A DNA stretch of 64,000 nucleotides from Burkholderiales bacterium (GCA_965279325.1 OZ257154.1:5128988-5192987), one strand, 5' to 3'; positions 17,947-27,218 are shown, counted from the first letter of the stretch. Notes: generated from the sequence alone by a model not told the origin. Program-made: numbers and translations.

Positions 17947-19295
17947 CGCTCACGATCGACGCGATCCGCGATTGCCTCGACGGGGCCATTCCCGGCCTGA
18001 TCGCCACCTGCTCGGCCGATGGCGTGCCCAACGTGAGCTATGTGTCCGAAGTGCACTACATCGACAGCGAGCACGTGGCACTCACGTTCCAGTTCTTCAG
18101 CAAGACGCGCGATAACGTACTGTCCAATCCGTTCGTGACCGTCATGCTGCTGCAGCCGAACACTGCGGCCAAGTTCCGCATCGCGCTGCGCTACCTGAGG
18201 ACGGAAACCGAAGGACCGCTGTTCGAGCGCATGAAGGCGAAACTGGCCGGCATCGCATCCCATTCCGGGATGAGCGGCGTGTTCGTGCTGCGCGGTGCCG
18301 ATATCTATCGGGTGCTGTCGATCGAAAGCGTGCCGGGGCGGACACTGCCGGCGCCGCCGTCCGCCATCAACGGGCTGTCGGTGCTGCGGGCGTGCACGCA
18401 GGACCTGGCGAAGGCCGGCGACCTCGATCAGCTCATCGACCAGGCGTTGACGTCACTGGAGCGGCATTGCGATGTTCGTCACGCGATGCTGCTGATGTTC
18501 GACGAGGCGGGCAAGCGGCTCTACACGGTCGCGAGCCGCGGCTACGAAGTGTCGGGCGTCGGTTCCGAGATCGCCATGGGCGACGGCGTGATCGGCGTGT
18601 GCGCGCGCGAACGCACCCCTATCCGGCTCACGCATACGACCTCCGACTATGTGTACGGCCGCGCAATCCGGGAAAGCGCGGCCCTCGCGGGCTTCGCGGA
18701 ACGCCTCGAGACGGAGATACCGTTTCCGGGGCTGGCGGCACCGGGCAGTCAGCTCGCGGTGCCGCTCACCCTGGGTAGCCGGTTGCTCGGCGTGCTGTTC
18801 GTGGAGAGCGCCGAGGAGATGCGCTTCGGCTACGACGATGAAGACCTGCTGGCCGCGCTCGCGACGCAGCTTTCCATGGCGATCCACATCGTGCAGTCGA
18901 GCCCCGAGGCGCACGAGGATCGGGTGGCACCGCCGCCCAGGCGGACAGCGTCCGGTGGACCGGTCATTCCCGTCCGCTACTACCCGGTGGACCACAGCAT
19001 CTTCATCGGTGAGCACTACCTCATCAAGGGCGTGGCCGGTGCGATCCTGTGGAAACTCGTACGGGACTACGAACGCGACGGCCGCACCGAATTCAGCAAT
19101 CGCGAGCTGCGGCTCGATCCGACGATCCGGCTGCCCGACATCGCGGACAATCTGGAAGCACGCCTGATCCTGCTGACGCGTCGCCTCGCGGAACGCAGCA
19201 CCCAGCTCGGCATCGAGAAGACCGGTCGCGGGCGCTTCCGTCTGCGGGTGGCCGGCGCCGTGAAGCCCATCCAGATTGCCGGCAGCGCCGCCTGA
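17943..19295 (+). CDS. Split-barrel + GAF + OmpR-like winged-helix regulator
   Basis: N-terminal ATCSADGVPNVS...KTRDN; GAF GDGVIG..A and SQLAVPL..LLGVL; C-terminal NLEARLILLTRRL...IEKTGRGRFRL. Confidence 0.75.
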   Translation: MTLTIDAIRDCLDGAIPGLIATCSADGVPNVSYVSEVHYIDSEHVALTFQFFSKTRDNVLSNPFVTVMLLQPNTAAKFRIALRYLRTETEGPLFERMKAKLAGIASHSGMSGVFVLRGADIYRVLSIESVPGRTLPAPPSAINGLSVLRACTQDLAKAGDLDQLIDQALTSLERHCDVRHAMLLMFDEAGKRLYTVASRGYEVSGVGSEIAMGDGVIGVCARERTPIRLTHTTSDYVYGRAIRESAALAGFAERLETEIPFPGLAAPGSQLAVPLTLGSRLLGVLFVESAEEMRFGYDDEDLLAALATQLSMAIHIVQSSPEAHEDRVAPPPRRTASGGPVIPVRYYPVDHSIFIGEHYLIKGVAGAILWKLVRDYERDGRTEFSNRELRLDPTIRLPDIADNLEARLILLTRRLAERSTQLGIEKTGRGRFRLRVAGAVKPIQIAGSAA

Positions 19296-19313
19296 GCGCC
19301 GCCGGTTCTTCGG

Positions 19314-20024
19314 TCAGAGCGACAACGCTACCTCGAGCTTGCTGCGCTCGGACGGTGACAGATGCGGTTGCAGCATGGTCAGCACCGCACCGAACGCCTC
19401 CGCTGGCATGCCCTGGCGCATGCCGCCGAGCATGCCGGCGCGTTCCTGCGCGTTCATCCACGGCAGCATCCAGCGCAACGCCATCATCAGGTCAGCTGGC
19501 GGGATCGACGCCACCAGTGCGTGTTCGATCGCCATGATCTCGGTGTCGGTATGGGTTTCCCACAGCACGAGATTGTTGTGCGATTCCTCGACGGCCATGT
19601 GCTCGAGATTTTCGGCCACGAACAGGGCGCACTGGCGATAGAGGCGCTGCAGGACGGCGGTGCGATCTTCGACCGCGCCATATTCGAGCGACGCCGAGAT
19701 ACCTTCGAGTGCGCGGATGGCGTTTTCGTGACCGACGTGGTCCGACGCCGTGACCTCCGCCGAGCCGGGGCGGCGCGCTTCCATGGCGGCATGCACGAAG
19801 TCGTTCTCGTGCGCCATGTGGCCGCGACAGAAATGCAGCAGATCGCGCAGCGCCTGGAGCGTCTCTGCGATTTCGGCGGTATCGCCCGGGTCGGTGCGTC
19901 CCAGGCGCGTGAGCACCTCGCCCATCCAGGCGCGCAGGCCCTTGTGGACGAAGGCGTAGATGTCGTGGCGAGGAGCGGTCGACGACGTGGCGCCGGCCGG
20001 GTGTTCGATGATGGCGTGTTCCAT
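19314..20024 (-). CDS. Hemerythrin-like domain protein
   Basis: H(KGLR), HMAHE, DH and HMAVEE di-iron motifs; GGAGA RBS. Confidence 0.82.
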   Translation of the reverse strand: MEHAIIEHPAGATSSTAPRHDIYAFVHKGLRAWMGEVLTRLGRTDPGDTAEIAETLQALRDLLHFCRGHMAHENDFVHAAMEARRPGSAEVTASDHVGHENAIRALEGISASLEYGAVEDRTAVLQRLYRQCALFVAENLEHMAVEESHNNLVLWETHTDTEIMAIEHALVASIPPADLMMALRWMLPWMNAQERAGMLGGMRQGMPAEAFGAVLTMLQPHLSPSERSKLEVALSL

Positions 20025-20112
20025 GGGGTGCAGTCTCCGTGTGGGGCCAGGCGATCCAGGCCGAGATGTCGGGATCGACTTGAGCGCATCGCCAGGTCGA
20101 TCCCACCCGCAC

Positions 20113-20179
20113 ACAGTAGGGAACGGGGGCGGCGGATGCCGCTAAATCCCCGCTACCGAAACCCTAAGAATTCGCTAAA
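20113..20179 (-). promoter_or_regulatory. Activator-type promoter: -10 TACTGT plus four phased 11-bp direct repeats
   Basis: Minus strand TTTAGCGAATT CTTAGGGTTTC GGTAGCGGGGA TTTAGCGGCAT; the last repeat occupies the -35 position. Confidence 0.6.
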
Positions 20180-20202
20180 GGCGGCAGGGCCGCCCGGTGC
20201 GA

Positions 20203-20844
20203 TCAATCGCCCTTGAAACCGATCTTGCGATGAGTACCGTCGCAGTAGGGCTTGTTGGCCGAACCGCCGCAGCGGCACAGCCAGGTCTCGGTGACGCGTC
20301 CGATCGTGCGTCCGGTGCCGCTGGCGATCTCGAGATTGCCCGTGACCTTGAGCGGTCCGTCGAGTTGCGGTTCCACGGCGAGGGATCCGTTGCGAACCGC
20401 GAGCGGCTCGCTCGGCGCAGTGGCCGGTTCGCCGCTGGCCGTGAAGCCTGCTGCGTTGTGCGAACCGTCGCAGAAAGGCTTGTTGGCCGAAGCGCCGCAG
20501 CGGCATAGCGTCGCGCGATAGCCGATGAACGTTCCGCGGATCGAGAGCGGCGCACGGAAGGCCACGGGGCCGTTCTCGCGCACCGTCGCGACGTTCACTT
20601 CCGGCGCGGATTCCTGCGCACCGCCGTCGTGGCGTTCGTAGGCGATGGCGCCGGACGGACAGGCGTGGGCGACGATCGCGAGCGCTTCGGCGCTCGCTTC
20701 ATCGGGAAAGATCCATTCGCCCGGCGTGTTCGCCTTGAACACCTTCGGAAGCCCGAGGACGCATTGGCGAGCGTGAATGCAGCGCTTGCCATCGAAGCGG
20801 ATGGTGACCGCTTTGCCCTGCGCGACTTCCACGCTGTCGGCCAT
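20203..20844 (-). CDS. Fe-S protein: divergent 4Fe-4S domain plus two CDGSH domains
   Basis: CIHARQC...CPSGA; CRCGASANKPFCDGSH; CRCGGSANKPYCDGTH. Confidence 0.9.
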   Translation of the reverse strand: MADSVEVAQGKAVTIRFDGKRCIHARQCVLGLPKVFKANTPGEWIFPDEASAEALAIVAHACPSGAIAYERHDGGAQESAPEVNVATVRENGPVAFRAPLSIRGTFIGYRATLCRCGASANKPFCDGSHNAAGFTASGEPATAPSEPLAVRNGSLAVEPQLDGPLKVTGNLEIASGTGRTIGRVTETWLCRCGGSANKPYCDGTHRKIGFKGD

Positions 20845-20856
20845 GTCAGTGCGATG

Positions 20857-21216
20857 TCAGATCTTTTCGGTCTCGCGCAGGTAGGAGTCGGTGCCAGTGA
20901 GCCAGTCCTCCCGCGGCGGCGTGAAGATGTCGTAGGCCACCAGCGTTTCGACGGCGTCGACCGTGTGCACCACGTCGGCCGGGATGAAAATCATCTCGCC
21001 GGGGCCCACGTCCACGGACTTGCCCTCGAGGTGGAAGCGCCACTTGCCGCTGAACACCCAGGTCACCTGCTCGTTCGGATGGGAGTGGGGCGGCACGACG
21101 TAGCCCTTTTCCACCTCGGTGAGCGCGATCATCACCTTGCCGTCCCAAGCGAGCTTGCGCTTGAAGCTGGGGTTGAGTTCTTCGTAGGGAATGGCAGCCC
21201 AGTTGACGTGCTTCAT
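20857..21216 (-). CDS. Cupin domain protein
   Basis: PPHSHPNEQ...IPADVVH...DIFTPPRED. Confidence 0.88.
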   Translation of the reverse strand: MKHVNWAAIPYEELNPSFKRKLAWDGKVMIALTEVEKGYVVPPHSHPNEQVTWVFSGKWRFHLEGKSVDVGPGEMIFIPADVVHTVDAVETLVAYDIFTPPREDWLTGTDSYLRETEKI

Positions 21217-21383
21217 GACCGGCTCCTCGGTGCGGTTGAAAGGGAGGAAAGGGTAGCACCGAAGCCCCGACGGTGGAACGAGGCGGGCATTCGGTTTCCC
21301 GCCCGGCTGCGTACACCGGGACGGGTGGGCGGCGTGGTAACGTTATCCGCATCGATCGAACTGGCCCAGGAAAGGGGACGGCG

Positions 21384-21704
21384 ATGTACATGAAGAGCGC
21401 AGCGGAACGAGAGTGGCAACCGGCAGGCTACGTCGGCGGGCAGCGCGCGCTGCTGCGGACGAGCTCGAGCGGCGGGCGAACCTCCATCGTGGCGATCGAC
21501 AAGGGCACCCGCGTCCAGCGGCATCGCCATCAGGCCGGCGAAGACGTGCTGATTCTCGCGGGCAAGATCCAGTCGGGCGGATTCACCCTGGTCACCGGCG
21601 ACTACTTCTTCACCGACGTCGGCGAAGAGCACGACCTGGTCGCACTGGAGGATTCGGTGATCTTCGTGTCCTCCGACAAGCCGGTGACGCTGCTGGAGAA
21701 GTGA
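21384..21704 (+). CDS. Cupin domain protein
   Basis: RHRHQAGE...GDY...EEHD; AAGGGG RBS. Confidence 0.75.
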   Translation: MYMKSAAEREWQPAGYVGGQRALLRTSSSGGRTSIVAIDKGTRVQRHRHQAGEDVLILAGKIQSGGFTLVTGDYFFTDVGEEHDLVALEDSVIFVSSDKPVTLLEK

Positions 21705-22352
21705 TCAGCCGCGCAGTGTCTCCACCAGGGCACGCAGCGCGGCCATTTCCTCGCGCAGGCTGGCGACCTCCGCCTTGAGTTCGGCGATGTCGTCAGCCGA
21801 CCCGGCCGGCGAGTCGCTCGTCGGGACGGGGAAGCTCGCGGCTTCCACGGGTCCGCTCATGAGATGCGCCCAGCGGTGCTCGCGCGAGCCCGGCTGCTTC
21901 GGGAGCTTGACCACCAGCGGTATCGCAGCCCGCGTGATCATGTCCTCGAGGTAGGCTTCGACGGAGGAGATGTCGGCGAAGCGGTACATCCGTTCGCAGG
22001 CACCACGCAACTCGGCCGCGGTCAGTGGTCCCCGCAGCATCAGTGCCGCCAGCAGGGCGACCATGGCCTCGCCGATGCCGAGCACCTTGTTGACGTTGTG
22101 TTCGTAGCGCATCACCCGGCCGCCGGAGGTTTCGATCACCAGCGAGCGGCTGCGCAGTTCATCGAGGACCACCTGCACGTCGCGATCGGCGACGCTCATC
22201 ACCGGGCTTCGGCTCGTCTTCTGGTTGCACCCGGCCACGAGGGCATTGAGCGTGAGCGGGTAGTAGTCGGGCGTGGTGAGCTGTTTCTCGACCAGGACGC
22301 CGAGGACGCGCGTCTCGAGCAGAGAGAGTGGGGGCAGGGGATTGGGAGGCAT
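21705..22352 (-). CDS. YceH/DUF480 family protein
   Basis: RVLGVLVEKQ.TTPD.YPLTLN..CNQKTSR, LRGP and RWAHL motifs. Confidence 0.9.
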   Translation of the reverse strand: MPPNPLPPLSLLETRVLGVLVEKQLTTPDYYPLTLNALVAGCNQKTSRSPVMSVADRDVQVVLDELRSRSLVIETSGGRVMRYEHNVNKVLGIGEAMVALLAALMLRGPLTAAELRGACERMYRFADISSVEAYLEDMITRAAIPLVVKLPKQPGSREHRWAHLMSGPVEAASFPVPTSDSPAGSADDIAELKAEVASLREEMAALRALVETLRG

Positions 22353-22424
22353 GGGGGGGCGATCGGAGGATGACGGGCATTTTAGAGGCAATGTTGTGGC
22401 TCCCGCCGCCGCGAGCGCTTCGTT

Positions 22425-22559
22425 GCCCCCACCCCAACCCTCCCCCACCTTCGGCGGGGGAGGGAGTGCAATGCGCCCCTTTCCCCCACCTTCGGCGAGG
22501 GAGGGAGTGTAGTGCGCCCCTTCCCCCGCCGAAGGTGGGGGAAGGCGGGGGATGGGGGC
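22425..22559. repeat. REP-like palindrome cluster 3
   Basis: Three units CCCCCACCTTCGGCG(G/A)GGG; the last is inverted. Confidence 0.75.
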
Positions 22560-22585
22560 AGCGGCAGCGGGTGTAAGCTCACGCG

Positions 22586-23110
22586 ATGATTCTGTCCAAG
22601 TCCCTCGCCCTTTGCCTCCCGTTCGTTCTCCTCGCCGGCGAAGCAACGGCCTGCGTCGAGGGCGACCTGCGCGGCGAAGCAGTCCTGCTGGAACGCGATC
22701 GTGGCGCGAAGGCCGAGGGCGAGCGCACCGGCTTGCAGATCCTCGGCGCCGGCTGGTTTCGCGCCGTCTCCGTCGTGAAGACGGGCGGCACCACCGACGA
22801 AACCACGGTGACCGTGGAACTCGATGGCGAGCCGATGATGAGCACTTCGTTCGCGGTGCTGAAGAGCGCCTGGCGCCAGGTGGATTCGGTGAACCTGATC
22901 GTGAACCTGAAGACCGAGGGCAACGTCAGCACGCTCACGATCTGGTATCCGCAGGAACTCAAGTTCCGCGCGCTCGCGCAGCTACGCGTGGACGTGGAGG
23001 AAGCGGGCGTCGAGAACGTCCGCGTCATCGCCATCATGAACAAGCCTGCGCCGCACGAGCACATCCCCGGCCAGCCGGGGTCGCTGGCCGCACTGCCGGT
23101 GTTCAAGTAG
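22586..23110 (+). CDS. Hypothetical exported protein
   Basis: Signal-like N-terminus, GC3-biased codons, TAAGCT 6 nt before the ATG. Confidence 0.65.
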   Translation: MILSKSLALCLPFVLLAGEATACVEGDLRGEAVLLERDRGAKAEGERTGLQILGAGWFRAVSVVKTGGTTDETTVTVELDGEPMMSTSFAVLKSAWRQVDSVNLIVNLKTEGNVSTLTIWYPQELKFRALAQLRVDVEEAGVENVRVIAIMNKPAPHEHIPGQPGSLAALPVFK

Positions 23111-23113
23111 CGG

Positions 23114-23782
23114 CTACTCCTTGAAAGGCTCGATCCGGCTCGCCCGCACGGTGTAGCCGATGTCGATATCGCTGGAGCCATCGAGCAGGGTGAGTTCGCG
23201 CTTGGTGGCACCCGCGGAAAGCCGGCCCGTCACCCACACCGGCGCGAACAGGCTGGTCACCTCGAAGGGTACGTCGGCCTTCACGTACACGATCTGGTTC
23301 GGTGGTGGGGGTGGGGTGTGGATGCACGCGCCCACCCAGGGCACGAGCAGGAACTCGGTGACTTTCTTGCCCGTGATCTCGAGCGGCAGCACGTAGCCCG
23401 GCAGGCGGACGGTCTGTCCGTCGAGCAAGGAGTTGAGCGCATCGCCATGGAGCTTGCGCTGCTTCGCGAGCTCCTTGCGCCGCGCGAGCAGGCCGTCGAC
23501 GTCGAGGCCTTCCTGCTGAAGGCGTTTCGTTCCAGCCTGCTCGCGGGCCAGGTCGTCCGCCGAGATCGCCTTGTCGCCCCTGGTTTTGCGTTCGCGCGTG
23601 GCGGCGACGTCCGAGAGCATGAGGAGTTGGTCGCGGGACAGCTTCTCGAACGGATCGTCGATGGCGGAGAACTTCGGTGCGAGGTCCTGCCATTGGATCT
23701 GCTTCGGCGTCTGTGCGTGCAGGCTCACCGGCAGCGCGAACAGGAGGCAGAGCAGACAGGACCAGGCGCGCGACGGTTTCAT
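23114..23782 (-). CDS. DUF3299 domain protein
   Basis: W.DL.P; RLPGYVLPL...EFLLVPW.GACIH.PPPPPNQIV. Confidence 0.9.
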   Translation of the reverse strand: MKPSRAWSCLLCLLFALPVSLHAQTPKQIQWQDLAPKFSAIDDPFEKLSRDQLLMLSDVAATRERKTRGDKAISADDLAREQAGTKRLQQEGLDVDGLLARRKELAKQRKLHGDALNSLLDGQTVRLPGYVLPLEITGKKVTEFLLVPWVGACIHTPPPPPNQIVYVKADVPFEVTSLFAPVWVTGRLSAGATKRELTLLDGSSDIDIGYTVRASRIEPFKE

Positions 23783-23792
23783 GTTTGGTACT

Positions 23793-25037
23793 TCAGAGAC
23801 GGATGGTCATGCCGTCGGCGAGGGAGTAACGGTAGATGCGCCAGGCCGGCAGCAGGCCGATGAGCACACCGGCCACGGCCACGAGCAGCAGCAGTTGCAG
23901 TTCGTGGGTCGAGGGCCATGCTACTGCAACGAAGAGTGCGAAGCGCGCGGCGATCCAGTCCTGGGCGACGAGCAGGCCTGCGTACAGCGCCGACACGCCG
24001 GACACGATACCCAGCAATGTGAGCAGCGAGGCTTCGCCGAGGATCAACGCGAACACGTGCGCGGGTCGCGCGCCCACCGAGCGCAGGATCGCCATCTCAC
24101 GGCGCCGCTCCGACAGGCTCGTCAGCAGCGCCACGAGCATGCCCGCGAGGCCGACGACGACCACCATCGACGACACCGCGAGGAGCGTGCGTTCCACGAC
24201 GCCCGTGATCTCCCAGACTTCCTGCAAGGTGACGCCAGGGAGGATCGCGGTCAGCGGCTCGGCTGAATATTCGTTCAGTGCGCGCTGCACGCCGAGGGCT
24301 GCCCCTCTCGACCGGAGTCCGACGAGTACCGCCGTGATCGCGCCACTGCCGGCGCGGCTCTTCAACGCGGCGGCGAGCGGATCGGATTCGGCCTGCGCAT
24401 TCGTGGCGGCATGGACCGCATCGAGCGCTTCCAGGGTTACGTAGACGCCTCGATCGACGGGAGTGCCTGTGCGCGCGAGGATGCCGGAGACTCGCAGCGG
24501 GCGATCTTCGTGCAGCGAGAAACTCACGTCGCCCGCGCCGTGGGCGATAACGAGCGCGTCGCCGATCCGGTGGTGCAGCCGTTGTGCCACATCGGCGCCG
24601 AGCACGGCTTCGCTTTCCCTGGCGAAAGGCCGTCCGGCCGAGAACGCGAGCGGGCGAGCGGTGCCGAAACGGAAGTGCTCGAAGTAGGAGCTAGTGGTGC
24701 CGACCACGCGGTAGCCGTGCAGCGAATCGCCCAACGCGATCGGAATGCTCCACGCGACCTCGGGCCGCTGCGAGAGTGCGCGCCAGGTCTCGGGCCGGAT
24801 GTTGTTGGTGGCGTTGCCGATGCGGAAGACGGACGAGAGCAACAGATGCACCGGACTGCTGCGCGCGCCCACGATGAGATCCGTGCCCGAGACGGTCGCT
24901 GCGAAGCTCGCGCGCGATTCCGTGCGCAGCCGCTCCACGCCGAGCAGCAGCAGCACGGCCAGCGCGATGGACAGCACGGTGAGCGCCGCGGTGAACTTGC
25001 GGTTGCGCAGGCTCTTCCAGGCGAGTGCGAGGATCAT
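23793..25037 (-). CDS. ABC transporter permease (FtsX/MacB type)
   Basis: SGTDLIVGARS, PIALGDS and ERRREMAILRSVGA motifs. Confidence 0.88.
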   Translation of the reverse strand: MILALAWKSLRNRKFTAALTVLSIALAVLLLLGVERLRTESRASFAATVSGTDLIVGARSSPVHLLLSSVFRIGNATNNIRPETWRALSQRPEVAWSIPIALGDSLHGYRVVGTTSSYFEHFRFGTARPLAFSAGRPFARESEAVLGADVAQRLHHRIGDALVIAHGAGDVSFSLHEDRPLRVSGILARTGTPVDRGVYVTLEALDAVHAATNAQAESDPLAAALKSRAGSGAITAVLVGLRSRGAALGVQRALNEYSAEPLTAILPGVTLQEVWEITGVVERTLLAVSSMVVVVGLAGMLVALLTSLSERRREMAILRSVGARPAHVFALILGEASLLTLLGIVSGVSALYAGLLVAQDWIAARFALFVAVAWPSTHELQLLLLVAVAGVLIGLLPAWRIYRYSLADGMTIRL

Positions 25038-25753
25038 GCGGCGTTGATCTCGGTGAATTCGATTGTTCGATCGAACAGGTGCGCCAGCGACGCATCGTGG
25101 CTGACGAACACCACGGCCGCGCCTGTGCCCGCGCACTCGCGGAACAGGAGGTCGAGGAACGCCTCGCGACGATCCGCATCCAGCGCGGATGTCGCCTCGT
25201 CGGCGATCACCAGGCCGGGCGCGCCGATGAGTGCGCGGGCGGCGGCCACGCGCTGCTGCTGACCGACGCTTAACTCGGTGACCGGCCGGTGCAGCAGCGC
25301 GGCATCGGTGAGGCCAAGATGCTCCAGCAGGCGCAGCGCGTCGCGTTCAGCCGAACCGGTGGCCGCAGCGGCCTGCAGGCGACGGCGTTTCGAGAACAGG
25401 CACGGCAGGGTGACGTTCTCCACCACGGACAGGTAGGGAATCAGGTTGAAGAGCTGGAACACGAATCCCACGTGATCCGCGCGAAAGCGATCGCGGTCCG
25501 CGCCGCCGAGTGTCGTGAGGTCCTGGTCGAGGACGGATACGTGGCCACTCTGCGGCAGCATCACGCCTGCGATGAGATTCAGCAGCGTCGACTTGCCGCT
25601 GCCGCTCGGACCGCGCAGGAACACGCGTTCACCGGCCGCCACTTCGAAGCTCGGGATGCGCAGCACCGCGGGTGCCCCGGGCGTCCACGCGAACACGACG
25701 TCGCGCAGTGCGACCACGGGGCCGTTGCCGCGGGAAGATTTCGATGAGGGCAA
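25034..25753 (-). CDS. ABC transporter ATP-binding protein
   Basis: GPSGSGKST, LSVGQQQR and ADEATSALD motifs; start uncertain. Confidence 0.9.
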   Translation of the reverse strand: MPSSKSSRGNGPVVALRDVVFAWTPGAPAVLRIPSFEVAAGERVFLRGPSGSGKSTLLNLIAGVMLPQSGHVSVLDQDLTTLGGADRDRFRADHVGFVFQLFNLIPYLSVVENVTLPCLFSKRRRLQAAAATGSAERDALRLLEHLGLTDAALLHRPVTELSVGQQQRVAAARALIGAPGLVIADEATSALDADRREAFLDLLFRECAGTGAAVVFVSHDASLAHLFDRTIEFTEINAA

Positions 25754-25845
25754 GGCGCCGGCGTCCAGTGACGGAAGCGCGAATGATACGGGGCCGGCGC
25801 GTTGCCCCCGATACTGCAGACGGCGCTACGGAAGCGCGGTCGGTT

Positions 25846-26841
25846 CTACGCTGTTGCGACGCGCTCGGCGGTCCGGCGGCCGCGGGCGCGCGTCACGTCG
25901 CCTCGCGCCAGCCTGGCACGGTGCTGCCGCTTGAACTGATACAACGCCCGGTCCGCGGCATCGAGCAGGTGCTCGGGCATGCCGCCGTTCAGGGGCGTCG
26001 CGGTGGCGACGCCGACGCTCAGGGAGACGGGCGTGACCAGGTGGTCGGCCGTTTCGAGCGCGAGCGATTTGACCGACTGCCGGAGCTGATCGGCGCGTTG
26101 CTGGGCCTGCTTGCGATCGAGTGCCGAGGCGAGCACCACGAATTCGTCGCCGCCATAGCGTGCCACCAGATCGGAACCACGCGCGAAGCACTGCTGCACG
26201 ACACCCGCCACGACCTGGATGCACTGGTCGCCGGCCGGATGGCCGAAGGTGTCGTTGAATTGCTTGAAGTGATCGATGTCGATCATGATCAGCGACAGGG
26301 GCGAATGGTCGCGGCGGGCGCGGTTCCATTCGCGTTCGAACTGTTCGTCGAAGGCGCGCCGGTTGTACAGGCCGGTGAGGCCGTCGCGGAGCGCGAGGGC
26401 TTCGAGCTCGCGCTTGCGGGCGAGCAGTTGCTTGTGCCGGGTGAGCAGTTTCGTGTCGGCCGAAATTCGCGCGGACACGTCGTTCAACTGGGCGAGATAG
26501 TGGGTGAGCTTGCCGGTCGGACCGAACATGGGGCTCAGCGACAGTTCGTTCCAGAAGGGCGAGCCGTCCTTGCGATAGTTGCGCAGCGTCACCGTGCAGT
26601 GCTCGCGTTTTTCCACGGCGGCGCGGACGAGGGCCAGGCCCACCTGGTCTGTATCGCTACCCTGGAGGAAGCGGCAATTGCGGCCCAGCGCCTCGGCGGC
26701 GGGATAACCGGTCAACTGCTCGAACGCCGGATTGACGTAGACGAGCGGCATGTCCGGCAGGGTGGCGTCGGCGATGGCAAGCCCGTCGGAGCAGGCGGCC
26801 ATGGCGCTTTGAAACAGTTGTGTGTCGAATCCCTTCTTCAT
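25846..26841 (-). CDS. LOV-domain diguanylate cyclase (LOV-GGDEF)
   Basis: GRNCRFLQG (Cys56), NYRKDG..FWN; DGLTGL.NRR, RGSD I-site, GGDEF. Confidence 0.9.
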   Translation of the reverse strand: MKKGFDTQLFQSAMAACSDGLAIADATLPDMPLVYVNPAFEQLTGYPAAEALGRNCRFLQGSDTDQVGLALVRAAVEKREHCTVTLRNYRKDGSPFWNELSLSPMFGPTGKLTHYLAQLNDVSARISADTKLLTRHKQLLARKRELEALALRDGLTGLYNRRAFDEQFEREWNRARRDHSPLSLIMIDIDHFKQFNDTFGHPAGDQCIQVVAGVVQQCFARGSDLVARYGGDEFVVLASALDRKQAQQRADQLRQSVKSLALETADHLVTPVSLSVGVATATPLNGGMPEHLLDAADRALYQFKRQHRARLARGDVTRARGRRTAERVATA

Positions 26842-26882
26842 TGCGTTTCTCAGAAAGGCGTCACAAGTGCTTGATGCCTCTA

Positions 26883-26910
26883 GTTTCGGTACAAATCAGA
26901 CCGGCTTTAG
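26883..26910 (-). promoter_or_regulatory. sigma28-like promoter of the LOV-GGDEF gene
   Basis: Minus strand CTAAAG-N14-ACCGAAAC, 41 nt before the ATG. Confidence 0.55.
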
Positions 26911-27218
26911 AAAAAAATGTTCCTGCCCGGTTGCATCCTTCGCGGGATCGTCCGTAACATATTGATAATTCGTCACTAAAAGTATTGCGGGATCGGGCGA
27001 ATCCATGGCCTGGTGCGGTTGCATCGAGGTGCCGCGGCAACGGCCGGCCGGCCAGCGTGCTTGCGCCATGGTCCCTGTCACTCGTCGCGGAGGCCGATAG
27101 CGCCGGGGCCGTCGATAGGGGACGGGCCCCCCGGGAACGCTCGCGGAATGGTGCCCTTCTTGCTCGCAGAGGTGGCATCCCCCGCGGTTTCGGCCCCGGG
27201 GCGACACCGGGAGCGAAG

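Noticed and set aside
22425-22559. Repeat clusters as a CRISPR array
   Set aside because: Units are inverted and degenerate, with no regular unique spacers and no cas genes.
26932-26957. ECF promoter TGCATCC-N14-CG (a similar one lies upstream of the 37-aa gene)
   Set aside because: Short match with uncertain spacing, too weak to call without a PWM or TSS data.
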